In this document: positions 17,039 to 26,877 of the stretch, one piece after another
Layout of the letters: each line of letters opens with the position of its first letter
Numbering within the stretch: position 1 is the first letter of the stretch
Program-made: the position numbers and the translations under genes
Notes under the pieces: model-generated
What the model saw: the letters and a program-made list of their open reading frames with translations, nothing else
Told to the model about the DNA's origin: nothing
The model's database searches: none
Source of the DNA: a virus
Taxonomy: Duplodnaviria > Caudoviricetes
Reading direction: 5' to 3' (one strand)
Length of the DNA: 37,860 nucleotides
IMG/VR virus record: IMGVR_UViG_3300034197_000024
Coordinates: 1-37,860 of that record

Positions 17039-17451
17039 GCTACGCCGACATCGTCGCAGGTTTGCACGCGCGCTTCAGGACGGTCGAAGGCATCGGCCCG
17101 ATCTTGGCCTACGAGCCGACGGCGATCCACGACACGCCCACGCTCTACAGCCTGCTCGATAGCTACGTGCGCACGCCGGAGCGCGGCCAAACGCGGATGC
17201 GCTACCGTATCCTCTGTCGCTGCGTGTTCCGTTGGCAGGATACGGAGGAGGCTGAGGTTGAGCTGATGGGCTACGTGAACAGCCTGCCTGCCAGTATCGA
17301 CGGCGACTCACGGCTTGGGGGCGTGGCGACGCTGCCCGCCGCGGCGGCAGACGCGCAGGCGGTGTTTGTGGTCATCGGTGGCACGCTCTACCGGGCGATT
17401 GATATGTACGTCGAGGTCGAAGAGGTCGCGGCGTTTCGGAGTGGCATCTGA
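17035..17451 (+). CDS. Putative tail terminator/completion protein
   Basis: Size and position between neck and tail tube genes. ATGA-coupled. Confidence 0.6.
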   Translation: MSYADIVAGLHARFRTVEGIGPILAYEPTAIHDTPTLYSLLDSYVRTPERGQTRMRYRILCRCVFRWQDTEEAEVELMGYVNSLPASIDGDSRLGGVATLPAAAADAQAVFVVIGGTLYRAIDMYVEVEEVAAFRSGI

Positions 17452-17479
17452 GGGTGCCACCGGGTAGCAGGAGGACGAT

Positions 17480-17878
17480 ATGGCTGAGCATTCGGGGTTT
17501 GCCGTTATTTTGCAACTGGAGGGGGCCGGGGCGGTGTTCGCCGCCGTCGCACAGGTGCGCGATATCGAGGGGCCGGGGATCGAGGTTGACGACGTGGACG
17601 CCTCGCACCGAGGAAGCCGCCTCAAGAAGTTCCAGCCAGGGATGATTGACAACGGCGAAGTAAAGTTCGATATCGTGTACGACCCGGCGCTGCACAGCAC
17701 GCTCTACGGGCTGATCGGCACCGAGAAAAACTGGAAATTGGTCATGCCCGATAGCGGGGCTGAGACCTGGGCCTTCTCGGGCTACATCAAGGGGTGGTCA
17801 AAGAAAGCGCCGCTTGCCGACGCGCTGACCGCCGACATCACCGTCAAGGTGAATGGTTCCATCACGGTCACTGCGTAA
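17480..17878 (+). CDS. Major tail tube protein
   Basis: DIEGPGIEVDDVDASH, GMIDNGEVKF, WAFSGYI, ADITVKVNG. AGGAGG RBS. Confidence 0.88.
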   Translation: MAEHSGFAVILQLEGAGAVFAAVAQVRDIEGPGIEVDDVDASHRGSRLKKFQPGMIDNGEVKFDIVYDPALHSTLYGLIGTEKNWKLVMPDSGAETWAFSGYIKGWSKKAPLADALTADITVKVNGSITVTA

Positions 17879-17964
17879 TGAACTGGTGGCTACAGCAAAG
17901 TGGCGCGCTGCGTGCCGAGTTGGGCGCGCACGGCGCTGTTGCAGAACTATGGAGAACCCAACGC

Positions 17965-18321
17965 ATGCTCACGAAAGACGAGATCCTAGCAACCAAGGGC
18001 AAGCTCAAAACCCAGGTCGTCGAGGTGCCCGAGTGGGGCGGCGACGTGCTTGCCTCAGAGCTGAGCGGCACGGAGCGCGACGCCTGGGAAGCCAGTATCG
18101 TCTCCAGCCAGGGCAAGACGGTGCGGCGCGATATGCGCAACATCCGCGCGAAACTCGTGGCGCGCTGCATCGTGGATGAGGCTGGCCAGCGCCTCTTCAG
18201 CGACGCGGACATCGACGAGCTGGGCGCGCTGTCGGCATCGGCGCTCGACCGTGTGTTCAGCGTGGCGCAGCAGCTCAACGGCATGCGCGAGGCCGATATC
18301 GAGGAGCTGGCGGGAAACTAA
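17965..18321 (+). CDS. Tail assembly chaperone (gpG-like)
   Basis: MLTKDEIL..VEVPEWGGDV..LSGTERDAWE. ATG 17965 after GGAGA. Confidence 0.85.
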   Translation: MLTKDEILATKGKLKTQVVEVPEWGGDVLASELSGTERDAWEASIVSSQGKTVRRDMRNIRAKLVARCIVDEAGQRLFSDADIDELGALSASALDRVFSVAQQLNGMREADIEELAGN

Positions 18322-18650
18322 GAGCGCGACCGGAGCGCGCCTTCTATCTCCGGCTGGCGCTGCACTACGGGCTGACCCAGGGCGAGCTGCTGGCGCGGTT
18401 CTCTAGTAGTGAACTCGCTGAGTTGATGGCACTCGACAGCATCGAGCCGTTTGGGGACCGGCGGGCCGACATCCAGGCCGCCACGATCTGCGCCACGCTC
18501 GTCAATTTGCAGCGGAAGAAGGGTCGGAAGGCGGCGACCGTTGACCAGTTCCTGCTCGACTACTGGCAAGAACCCGCGCCGAAACTGAGCCTGCTCGACA
18601 AGATCGCCGCCGTTCGGGCACGGATCGAGGGCAATGGCAACACTGACTAG
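18318..18650 (+). CDS. Tail assembly chaperone extension (gpT-like), expressed by -1 frameshift
   Basis: Slippery G-GGA-AAC (18312-18318) just before TAA. The -1 frame is open from 18318: LRARPERAFYLRLAL...IEPFGDRRAD... to 18650. Confidence 0.85.
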   Translation, partial: LRARPERAFYLRLALHYGLTQGELLARFSSSELAELMALDSIEPFGDRRADIQAATICATLVNLQRKKGRKAATVDQFLLDYWQEPAPKLSLLDKIAAVRARIEGNGNTD

Positions 18651-20583
18651 CATCATCATCAACCTCGACCTCAACGACGCCTCCTTTCGGCGCGGGCTGG
18701 AGGCGGCGGCCTCAGAGGCCGACGGCTGGACGGGGCGCGTCGGCGGCGTCCTGACCGCTGGCCTGGCGGTGGGCGCGGCCGGGGCCGCTGCGGCTATCGG
18801 CGGTATCTGGGCGGGTGTCTCGGGCGCGAGCGAGGCAGCCGCAGCGATGGCACAGACCGAAGCCGCCATCGAGAGCACGGGCGGCGCGGCGGGTGTGACG
18901 GCACAGCAGATCGCCGACATGGCGGGGTCATTCAGCCTGGCCGAGGGGAAGTCGCTCATCCCTGACGATGTGATCCAGTCGGGCCAAAACGTGCTGCTCA
19001 CGTTCACCGGCGTGGGCGAGCAAGTCTTCGGCGACGTGACCCAGGCCGCGCTCGATATGAACGCGCGCTTAGGCGGGACGCTCGAAGGGACGTTCACCCA
19101 ACTCGGCAAGGCGATGAACGACCCACTTACGGGCATGTCGGCGCTGGCCCGTAGCGGTGTTGTCTTCACCGATAGCCAGAAGGAAATGATCGCGCAGCTC
19201 CAGGCATCGGGCGACATCGTGGGCGCGCAGAAGATTATCCTGGCCGAGCTCAATACCGAGTTCGGGGGAAGCGCCCAGGCCGCGGCCGACGCCAGCCTGG
19301 GCTTTGCACAGATTGGCGAGATCGGGAACGGCTTGCTCGAAACCATCGGCGGCGCGCTGCTGCCCGGCATTCGCTCCCTTATTGATACGTTGTCTACCCC
19401 GGCCAATATCGAATGGCTCCAGGGGATGGCCACCACGATTGGCGGCTCCCTGTCCTCTGGCCTCGATTGGCTCGTCAATACCGGCCTGCCGGGCCTGATG
19501 ACGGGCTTCACGACGGTACAGACGGCGACCGCGCCACTCGTCGCGCTGCTGGGCGGCTGGGGTAGCGTCCTAAGCGGCGTGGGCGCGGTGATCTTGGGTG
19601 TGATTGTCGTGGCGTTCGGCGCGTGGGCTGTGGCTGCGGGCACAGCCGCGATAGCGACCATTGCCGCGACGTGGCCCGTACTGGCCGTCATCGCCGCGAT
19701 CGCCGTGGGCGTGGGCCTGCTGATGGCAGCCTGGACGGGCAATTGGGGCAATATCCAGGGCATTACCGCCGCCGCGTGGGCCACGCTGGAGCCGATCCTG
19801 TCGATGCTGTGGAGTTGGCTCTCCACGACCATTCCGGCGGCGATTGCCACCCTCGTCGCGTTCTGGACGGGGACGCTCTACCCGGCCCTGGTGATGGTTG
19901 GCGAGTGGATTAACGCCAACCTCATCCCCTTCATTACGGCACTCGCGAACGTGGCCTTTGCCGCGCTGAGCGTGGCCGCAACCGCAGCCGCCGGGTTCTG
20001 GCAGAACGTCTTACAGCCTGCCTTTAGCGCCGTCGGCACCTTCATCACCGGCACGCTCTCCCCGGCCTTCACGACGGTTGCCAACGCGATCAGCACGACG
20101 CTGCAACCCGCAGCCACCTGGCTGGGCGGCTACCTGCCCACGATTTCGGGCGGCATCGACGCGATCAGCTCGGCCATCCAGACTGCCACCCGGTGGCTAG
20201 GCGATCTGGCGACGAGCCTCAGTAGCCTGACTCTGCCCGACTGGCTCACCCCTGGCAGCCCAACCCCGTTGGAAACCGCGATGTGGGGCTTGGGTGACAG
20301 CTTCCTGCACGTCGCGGGGCAAGCGAATGGGATGGGCGGCGCGTTCGGAGCCTTGCCGATGCCGGGCGTGATGGGCGCGAGCCCGGCAGGCGGGATGGGG
20401 GGCGATATGGCAGGGGGCGGCGGGGTCGCTGCGGGCGCGGTCGCCGATGCGGTGCTCACCAGTAACGGACGGCTGGAGCAGCGCCTGGTCGAGCTCAATG
20501 AGAAGATCGCCACAGGCAACAAGCAGCGCGACACGAACACGCGCGCACTACGGAGTCTCAGAGCCAACGCGGGGCTAAGCTAA
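18634..20583 (+). CDS. Tape measure protein (649 aa)
   Basis: Follows the chaperones. Ala/Gly-rich, QLGKAMNDP..GMSAL motif, periodic Trp/Phe. Confidence 0.9.
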   Translation: MATLTSIIINLDLNDASFRRGLEAAASEADGWTGRVGGVLTAGLAVGAAGAAAAIGGIWAGVSGASEAAAAMAQTEAAIESTGGAAGVTAQQIADMAGSFSLAEGKSLIPDDVIQSGQNVLLTFTGVGEQVFGDVTQAALDMNARLGGTLEGTFTQLGKAMNDPLTGMSALARSGVVFTDSQKEMIAQLQASGDIVGAQKIILAELNTEFGGSAQAAADASLGFAQIGEIGNGLLETIGGALLPGIRSLIDTLSTPANIEWLQGMATTIGGSLSSGLDWLVNTGLPGLMTGFTTVQTATAPLVALLGGWGSVLSGVGAVILGVIVVAFGAWAVAAGTAAIATIAATWPVLAVIAAIAVGVGLLMAAWTGNWGNIQGITAAAWATLEPILSMLWSWLSTTIPAAIATLVAFWTGTLYPALVMVGEWINANLIPFITALANVAFAALSVAATAAAGFWQNVLQPAFSAVGTFITGTLSPAFTTVANAISTTLQPAATWLGGYLPTISGGIDAISSAIQTATRWLGDLATSLSSLTLPDWLTPGSPTPLETAMWGLGDSFLHVAGQANGMGGAFGALPMPGVMGASPAGGMGGDMAGGGGVAAGAVADAVLTSNGRLEQRLVELNEKIATGNKQRDTNTRALRSLRANAGLS

Positions 20584-20921
20584 TGGCAATCACGATCAAC
20601 GGCCAGTCGTTCACCACCTATGCCAACATCGTGCCCAAGCCGCGCAAGGCAGGCCGCATGCACACGGCGCTCAGCGGCAAGCGCAATTGGCTTCACCGCG
20701 CCAACAAACGGGACTTCGAGATCACCTGGAAGGGTGCAGACGCGACGGTCTTCGGGCTGGTCAACACGGCCTACGCATTGACCGGGCCAGTCACCTATGT
20801 CCACGAGGATGCGGTGTCCTACACTGTCCTCATCGACCCGAGTGGGTTCAAGATTGAGCCCATCCAGGTTGGTGATACGACGTTGCTCTACAACCTGACG
20901 CTCGTGGTGCTGCAGCAATGA
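20583..20921 (+). CDS. Putative distal tail protein
   Basis: Small beta-rich gene directly after the tape measure gene. TAATG coupling. Confidence 0.6.
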   Translation: MAITINGQSFTTYANIVPKPRKAGRMHTALSGKRNWLHRANKRDFEITWKGADATVFGLVNTAYALTGPVTYVHEDAVSYTVLIDPSGFKIEPIQVGDTTLLYNLTLVVLQQ

Positions 20922-22453
20922 CGACCTACACGCCAACCTATGAGGCGAGCTGGTGGAACGGGTCAAGCTTTGCCACCATCACCGGCGACGATGTGCTCTC
21001 GCTGAGTCTGAGCTATGCGACCGACGGCGACGAAACCAACCCCTTCTTCGTCGGTGATCGCAGCGAGATGAACGCCGACATCACGCTCCGCAGCGTGGCG
21101 ACCTACCTCAGCGCGACCTGGCAAGACCGGCGCTTCCGCATCCGGCAGCAGATGATGAGCGGCTCACTCAGAACCGTCTTCGAGGGCATCATCACCAACC
21201 GCACGATCCGGCTGGCGGCGGATACGGTGGCCTACCGCGCCATTGGCTACGCGGACTTGGTACGGCGCTCCAAGGCGGTAACCGACCTGCGCTTCCGGCG
21301 ACGCGGCGCGACACGCACGACGGCCACGAGCATCGAAGATCTCACAAATGCGAACTACGCAGCAGGCCTCATTAATGAGGCGCTGTGGAAGGCGGGTGGG
21401 CGGCCGCTGGAGCAGGACACGAACAGTACCTACATCGCCGCCGCGCGCTTCTGGTACTCGTGTGACGACAGCCTCTTTATCCCCGAATACGGCTGGCAGG
21501 CCTCAGAGAATACGTGGGACGAGTGTGCCCGTATTGCCCGCGATAGCGGCGGGCAAATGTATCAGGCCGAGAATGGCGTCATCAAGTTTCGTTCGCCCTT
21601 CACCCCGACCCAGGGCACGATTACCGTTACCTGGACAGAGGATGACTACGGCGATATCGAGGAAGCCCGCGATACCTGGCTGGCGGTCGAGCAAGTACGC
21701 GTCCCGTGGTCGCTCCGCGCACCCCAGCCGCCGCAAGTGGCCTTCGAACAGCCCGAGCCGGTGATCGTGCAACCCGGCGCGGGGGGTGCCTACGGCATTC
21801 TCGATCTACCGGTGTTCAAGCCGACGCTGCCGATCCTCGTGTGGGATGATCTGCCACTCAGTGGCGGGGTGCATAAGAATACGCTGTCGGGGCTCTCAGA
21901 AGAAGCCTTCATCGTCTCTGACTTCTCGGGCGTGCGGACGTGGCCAAAGGCAGACGAGTCGGTCTTTGTCGAGGCGCGCGAGATTGGCGCGCAGTGGCTG
22001 CAACTCCGCCTCCACCATACCTATGACAAGCCGCTCGTATTCAACCGCCTTGTGTTGCGCGCCACGCCGATCGCGGTGGTTGCATCGGGGGAAGTCGTCG
22101 TCGGGAGCGGGTTGAGCCAGTTCGCCTACGACGACTCGGTCTATGTGAACACGGAGACGCACGCCGAGCAGCTCGGCGAGATGATGCTTGCCTTCCTTGG
22201 CACGCCCCGCCCCGTGCGCAAGATCAAAGGCCTCATCTACGACGAACGCCGCTACCTGGGTGAGCGTATCAACCTCACCAGCAGCGACCTGGCGCTCTCG
22301 GCTGTCGCGCACGTCATTACCGAGATTACGCCCGACGACGGCGAGCTGATGGATGTCAACGTGGTGCCGGTCGACGACTTGCCCCAGTACAGCGATTTGT
22401 TCATAATCGGCAACAGCTACGCCAGTGGCGACGTGAAGCAGGTGATCTGGTGA
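20918..22453 (+). CDS. Putative tail hub/baseplate protein
   Basis: Position. GGQMYQAENGVIKF and YLGERINL..HVITEI patterns typical of hub proteins. Confidence 0.65.
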   Translation: MTTYTPTYEASWWNGSSFATITGDDVLSLSLSYATDGDETNPFFVGDRSEMNADITLRSVATYLSATWQDRRFRIRQQMMSGSLRTVFEGIITNRTIRLAADTVAYRAIGYADLVRRSKAVTDLRFRRRGATRTTATSIEDLTNANYAAGLINEALWKAGGRPLEQDTNSTYIAAARFWYSCDDSLFIPEYGWQASENTWDECARIARDSGGQMYQAENGVIKFRSPFTPTQGTITVTWTEDDYGDIEEARDTWLAVEQVRVPWSLRAPQPPQVAFEQPEPVIVQPGAGGAYGILDLPVFKPTLPILVWDDLPLSGGVHKNTLSGLSEEAFIVSDFSGVRTWPKADESVFVEAREIGAQWLQLRLHHTYDKPLVFNRLVLRATPIAVVASGEVVVGSGLSQFAYDDSVYVNTETHAEQLGEMMLAFLGTPRPVRKIKGLIYDERRYLGERINLTSSDLALSAVAHVITEITPDDGELMDVNVVPVDDLPQYSDLFIIGNSYASGDVKQVIW

Positions 22454-24027
22454 CGCCAGCGAAGTACCAAACCAGCCCGGTCTTCACACCCGGCTACCTC
22501 TCGCGCGGCCAGGTGCGCAGCGTGGCGCGCAACACGCAGTATCTGTACGACCTGATCCGGGCCTGGCCGATCCGGGCGCAGTACCACGCGACCGCCACCA
22601 CCGCGCTCTACATGAACTATCCCCAGAACGCAACCTACCCCGTGTGGGTAGGGAGCTTCATCAAATCGACGGGGCGTGACGAGCTCTACGTCCGCTTTGC
22701 CTACCAGTGCGCCGTCAGCTCGAGCTATGCCCATCGGGCCGACATCTATCTTTATGACATGGACGGCGCAGGGACGCTGCTCGGCCAAGTGACCATGACC
22801 GCGACCTCGCTCACCGTCTATACCGGCACGTTCAATATCTCGGGCCTGGTGAGTGCCGATGAGGGCTACTACGTCATCATCTACGCCACGCGCACGGGCG
22901 CCAGCCGCAACACGACACCAGCAGGCTATCCTGGCTATTGGCACCGCATCCAGATCGACCGGGTCGTGGGACGCAAGGCCAGCGGCGCGAGCGTCAGCGG
23001 CTACCCGGTGGCACCCACGTTCAGTGGCGATGCCACCGCGATTGGCTCACCGACCAAGCTCAACGGGCTCTGCGCGTCGAGCGATTGGCTGTTCGACCGC
23101 GTCACCAGGCACCGCATTCCCGGCTATGCAGGCGTCCTGCAGAAGGTGCTCGACACCCAGCACACGAACGCGGAGCGCGTCCACCACGCCACGGCACTCT
23201 ACCTGCCGGGCCGCACGACGCTGCACGTGCGGGGCCGCTATGAGGCGGTCAATCAGCAAACCATCGGCATTTCGAGCCAGGGTGTCACGCTCGACTCGAC
23301 GACCTATAACCATCCGGCACGCACGATCTACGAGGGCGACGACTTCGACCAAGAGATCGCCCTGTCCGGGCTCGGCTACGCGACGGGCGATCTCATCCGC
23401 ATCGGCGTCGACTACACGCGCACGAGCGCCGCACGCCTGCCGCGTCCGCGTCTGAGCATCTATGACATCAGCCTCATCGGCTCCCACAGCAGCGCGGGCT
23501 GGGCGGCGATGGCTGACCTGGCGGTACTGACCGGGATGACCTACAGCAGCCTCTGCACGCAGCTCGACGTGATCAGCGCGAACCTGGGTCGGGTCAAGAG
23601 CCAGTACGACGCGCTGGCTCCGCACCTGGAGGCCGACGAGCCCTTCGTGATCGCCTGGGACACCTCGCTCCGGTACGCCTACCACCCCCAAGGCGATCCG
23701 AATTCGATCGACCGCAACGAGCGCAACCTCCTGGCCCCCGCCGCCTTCACCCGGCGCGGCGACGTGCTCGACTGCTGGGGCGTGGGGATGGAGATCGTGT
23801 GGGGCATCCCGTCGTGGGATATGGACGCCGACAAGCAGCCTGCAACCTACGAGACCCTCTACTCCTACAAGGTCTCCGAGAGTCCGGACGCCATCGAACA
23901 GCGCACCGTCTACCTCGACGCGGTCGAAGACAAGGGAATGCCGCTGGCCAAGGGCATGGATTATTGGCTGCGTGGGCCGCGCGTCTACGGTGCCTGGGAG
24001 CGCTATCTGTTTGGAGCGGCCGTATGA
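22450..24027 (+). CDS. Tail-tip structural protein of unknown family
   Basis: 525-aa coupled ORF, Tyr/Thr-rich beta character. Confidence 0.65.
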   Translation: MTPAKYQTSPVFTPGYLSRGQVRSVARNTQYLYDLIRAWPIRAQYHATATTALYMNYPQNATYPVWVGSFIKSTGRDELYVRFAYQCAVSSSYAHRADIYLYDMDGAGTLLGQVTMTATSLTVYTGTFNISGLVSADEGYYVIIYATRTGASRNTTPAGYPGYWHRIQIDRVVGRKASGASVSGYPVAPTFSGDATAIGSPTKLNGLCASSDWLFDRVTRHRIPGYAGVLQKVLDTQHTNAERVHHATALYLPGRTTLHVRGRYEAVNQQTIGISSQGVTLDSTTYNHPARTIYEGDDFDQEIALSGLGYATGDLIRIGVDYTRTSAARLPRPRLSIYDISLIGSHSSAGWAAMADLAVLTGMTYSSLCTQLDVISANLGRVKSQYDALAPHLEADEPFVIAWDTSLRYAYHPQGDPNSIDRNERNLLAPAAFTRRGDVLDCWGVGMEIVWGIPSWDMDADKQPATYETLYSYKVSESPDAIEQRTVYLDAVEDKGMPLAKGMDYWLRGPRVYGAWERYLFGAAV

Positions 24028-26459
24028 GTAAGCATGAGCGGCTGCGCCAGGTTGATGTACGCCAGCGCCGCGCCACGGGAGCCGCCCCGCTACGCGTCGC
24101 GCCGCCCACGACCCAGGCAGCGGCACCCCCGGCCCCGATGCCGACCGACCTCGCGCTCGCGACCGATATGGAGCTGATCGGCCTAACCTATGCCGCGTAC
24201 ATCGATGCGACCTGGGAGCCGCCGACGACCTTCACGCCGGCGACGTACCGGCTGGAGCTGAGTTGGACGGGTGCCGTCGGCGCGATGGTCGAGTACACCA
24301 CCATGGAGCACGACGCCGCGCGGGCCACGGACTTCCTGCCTCAGACGTGGCGCTTCCACCGGGTGGCGGCGGGCGTGTTGCATAGCGTGCGCGTGCAGGC
24401 CATCAGTCTGGGCGGCAACGCGTCGGGCTTCACCACGGCGGTCGACATCGTGGCAGCGGTCGACGACGTGCCCCCCGGCCTGCCCACGAGCGTGAGCGCC
24501 GACTTTGCGGGCACAGCGGCGATTGCGATCTGGACGGCACCGACCGATGCGGACCTGGCTGACTATCTCGTCAAGGTCTACGGGTCGAGCGGCGGCACGC
24601 TCTACGCGACCTATGCCCAGCCGCGCAGTCCCTTCGAGTGGAGCCTGGCCGAGCACCGGCGTATCCGTGGATCGTCGCTCGACCCGAGTCTCTACATCAC
24701 GGTGCAGAGTCGGGATCAGGCGGGCAATACCTCTGCCGCCGTCGGCGTGGCCGCCACGAACGCCGCTCCCAGCACGCCGACGATCGTGAGCTTTGCGATC
24801 CCGTTCAACGAGGCGATCGTGTTCCTGGCCTACACACGCCCCGCCGACTTCCTCGACTTTGAATACATCTTCAAGGTTGGCGGCGTGACGGAGTCGACGA
24901 TTTACGCCGCCAACGATCTGCTGTTCTACCGAATCGCGGCGGGCGGCTCCTACACCGTCGAGGTCAAAGCGCGCGACGTATTCGGCCAATTGAGCAGCGC
25001 GGCGGTGTCGAGTGCCGTCACTGCGAGCCAGCCGCTCTCCCTCGAGTTTTTACGCCAGGATACGGTCTATAGCGACAGCATTGGCACGAGCGAGGCCGCG
25101 CTGGCCATCTACAAAAATGGCACGAGCGTTGAGAGCGGCATTACCTACCCGATTGCAACCTGGAACTGGATCGAGGCCCGGCGCGCGCTCCTCGACCGTG
25201 TGCAGCCGATCAGCCTGGCGTTTGGCGCGAACGTCGCGTTCTACGTCGCCGCCAGCGCGGACGGCACGACCTGGACGTGGTACTCCGGCCCGCTGACGAG
25301 CGCGCGCGTGCTCACCTTGATCGGCACCGGGGCGCTTGGCAGCGCCGCGCAGACGAGCGCACAGGCCGCGAATGTCACCACGATTAGCCTCGTTGCCGAT
25401 CCGTACCGCTGCGATCTGCCCGCGCTCCAGGAGTGTCGCTATATGCGGATCTATTTCCGCAGCGATATCCTTGCGCCGACGTGCGTCGAGTATTACCCGA
25501 ACACCGTCGTACGCGCCAGCAATATCCAGGCCGAGAGCATCGGTACGCTCCTGCTCGCAGCCAATGCCATCACGGCAGATAAGATCGATGCAGGGGCCCT
25601 GACCGCCTATCTGATCGGCGGCAACACGATCGAGGCGGGGGACGGGGCGATGGTGCTGGATAGCGTCGGGCAGCTCTTCAACAGCATCTATGTGGGATCT
25701 GAGCCAAAACGGCGCGGACCGCGATGGGAGTCGGATGGCAACGTGACGGCCGTGCTCTACGGCACCGGCTCGGCCACGGACGGCGCGGCCTACCTCATGG
25801 CCGATCCGACCGATCTGAACTACCCCTTCGATGATGCATTCGCGATAACGATTGAGCGATCGTCATCCACCATAGGGCAGATGCGCGTGTTGCTCAACGC
25901 CGTCCCCCGACTGACCATCACGACAACACTCACGACGATCAACAACCCGCTCACCGTCAGCGGCGGGAATCTCACTGCGAACTCTGATGCACACATCGTC
26001 GGCGATGCAACCATTGGCGGAAGCCTCACCGTCACGAACCATCCATCGTTCAGCGCCTATCTCGGCAGCAACGCCACGATCAGTGCGTCCACGTTCACAA
26101 AGATTGTCTGTGCGTCGGAGGATTTCGACGCGACGAGCGCCTACTCGACGAGCACCGGACGCTTTACCCCGCTCGTCGCAGGGACGTACCAGGTGATCGC
26201 GCGCCTGGGATGGACTGCGAGCCTGGAGGATCAGAAACTCCTGCTCGCGGCCATTTACAAAAATGGCACGCGCGTGCTCTCTGGTACCACCATCACCAGC
26301 GGCACGGGCGATCACGGCACGCTCGTGACCGGCTTGCTCGCGATGAATGGATCGACCGATTACCTGGAGCTGTACGCCTATCACGAGTGCAGCGCGTCGA
26401 AAACCGTGTACGGCGGGTCGCTGCGCGGCACGACGTTCTCAGCAGTACGAGTCGGATAA
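24024..26459 (+). CDS. Tail fiber/receptor-binding protein with FN3-like repeats and C-terminal C1q/TNF-like domain
   Basis: ATG 24024 (ATGA). FN3-like W..P..DLADYLV / TVQSRDQAGNTS, ITADKI fiber motif, C-terminal SFSAY...TGRFTPLVAGTYQV...TDYLELY. Confidence 0.75.
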   Translation: MSKHERLRQVDVRQRRATGAAPLRVAPPTTQAAAPPAPMPTDLALATDMELIGLTYAAYIDATWEPPTTFTPATYRLELSWTGAVGAMVEYTTMEHDAARATDFLPQTWRFHRVAAGVLHSVRVQAISLGGNASGFTTAVDIVAAVDDVPPGLPTSVSADFAGTAAIAIWTAPTDADLADYLVKVYGSSGGTLYATYAQPRSPFEWSLAEHRRIRGSSLDPSLYITVQSRDQAGNTSAAVGVAATNAAPSTPTIVSFAIPFNEAIVFLAYTRPADFLDFEYIFKVGGVTESTIYAANDLLFYRIAAGGSYTVEVKARDVFGQLSSAAVSSAVTASQPLSLEFLRQDTVYSDSIGTSEAALAIYKNGTSVESGITYPIATWNWIEARRALLDRVQPISLAFGANVAFYVAASADGTTWTWYSGPLTSARVLTLIGTGALGSAAQTSAQAANVTTISLVADPYRCDLPALQECRYMRIYFRSDILAPTCVEYYPNTVVRASNIQAESIGTLLLAANAITADKIDAGALTAYLIGGNTIEAGDGAMVLDSVGQLFNSIYVGSEPKRRGPRWESDGNVTAVLYGTGSATDGAAYLMADPTDLNYPFDDAFAITIERSSSTIGQMRVLLNAVPRLTITTTLTTINNPLTVSGGNLTANSDAHIVGDATIGGSLTVTNHPSFSAYLGSNATISASTFTKIVCASEDFDATSAYSTSTGRFTPLVAGTYQVIARLGWTASLEDQKLLLAAIYKNGTRVLSGTTITSGTGDHGTLVTGLLAMNGSTDYLELYAYHECSASKTVYGGSLRGTTFSAVRVG

Positions 26460-26483
26460 CACGCACACAGAAGGAGACTCACA

Positions 26484-26870
26484 ATGGCAGTCGTTGTCTA
26501 CCCCAAAGCCAAGGAAGCCATGCTCTCGCCTGGCATCAATCTCGCCACCGCGAACGTCAAGGCGGCCCTGATCGATACTGGCACCTATACCTATTCGGCG
26601 GCGCACGACTTCCTGAACGACGTCACCGGCGTCGTCGGCACGTCGGGCAACCTGGCCTCAAAGACGGTCACAAGCGGTGTGTTCGACGCCGCCGACATCA
26701 CCATTAGCGGTGTGACCGGTGCGACGGTCGAGGCGGTGATCGTCTACATCGACTCGGGTGTGTCGAGCAGCTCGACCCTGCTGAGCTACCACGACGGCCT
26801 CACGCTCACGCCGAACGGCGGCGATGTGACGATCCAGTGGTCGGCCAGTGGTATCTTCGCGCTGACGTAG
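26484..26870 (+). CDS. Small tail-fiber-associated structural protein
   Basis: AAGGAG RBS. VKAALID, GVFDAADIT, TPNGGDVTIQWSASGIF. Confidence 0.75.
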   Translation: MAVVVYPKAKEAMLSPGINLATANVKAALIDTGTYTYSAAHDFLNDVTGVVGTSGNLASKTVTSGVFDAADITISGVTGATVEAVIVYIDSGVSSSSTLLSYHDGLTLTPNGGDVTIQWSASGIFALT

Positions 26871-26877
26871 GACACCG

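Noticed and set aside
17879-17964. Structured RNA between tail tube and chaperone genes
   Set aside because: Only weak GC-rich pairing, and the stretch is also an open in-frame extension of the chaperone from ATG 17878. Not enough support.
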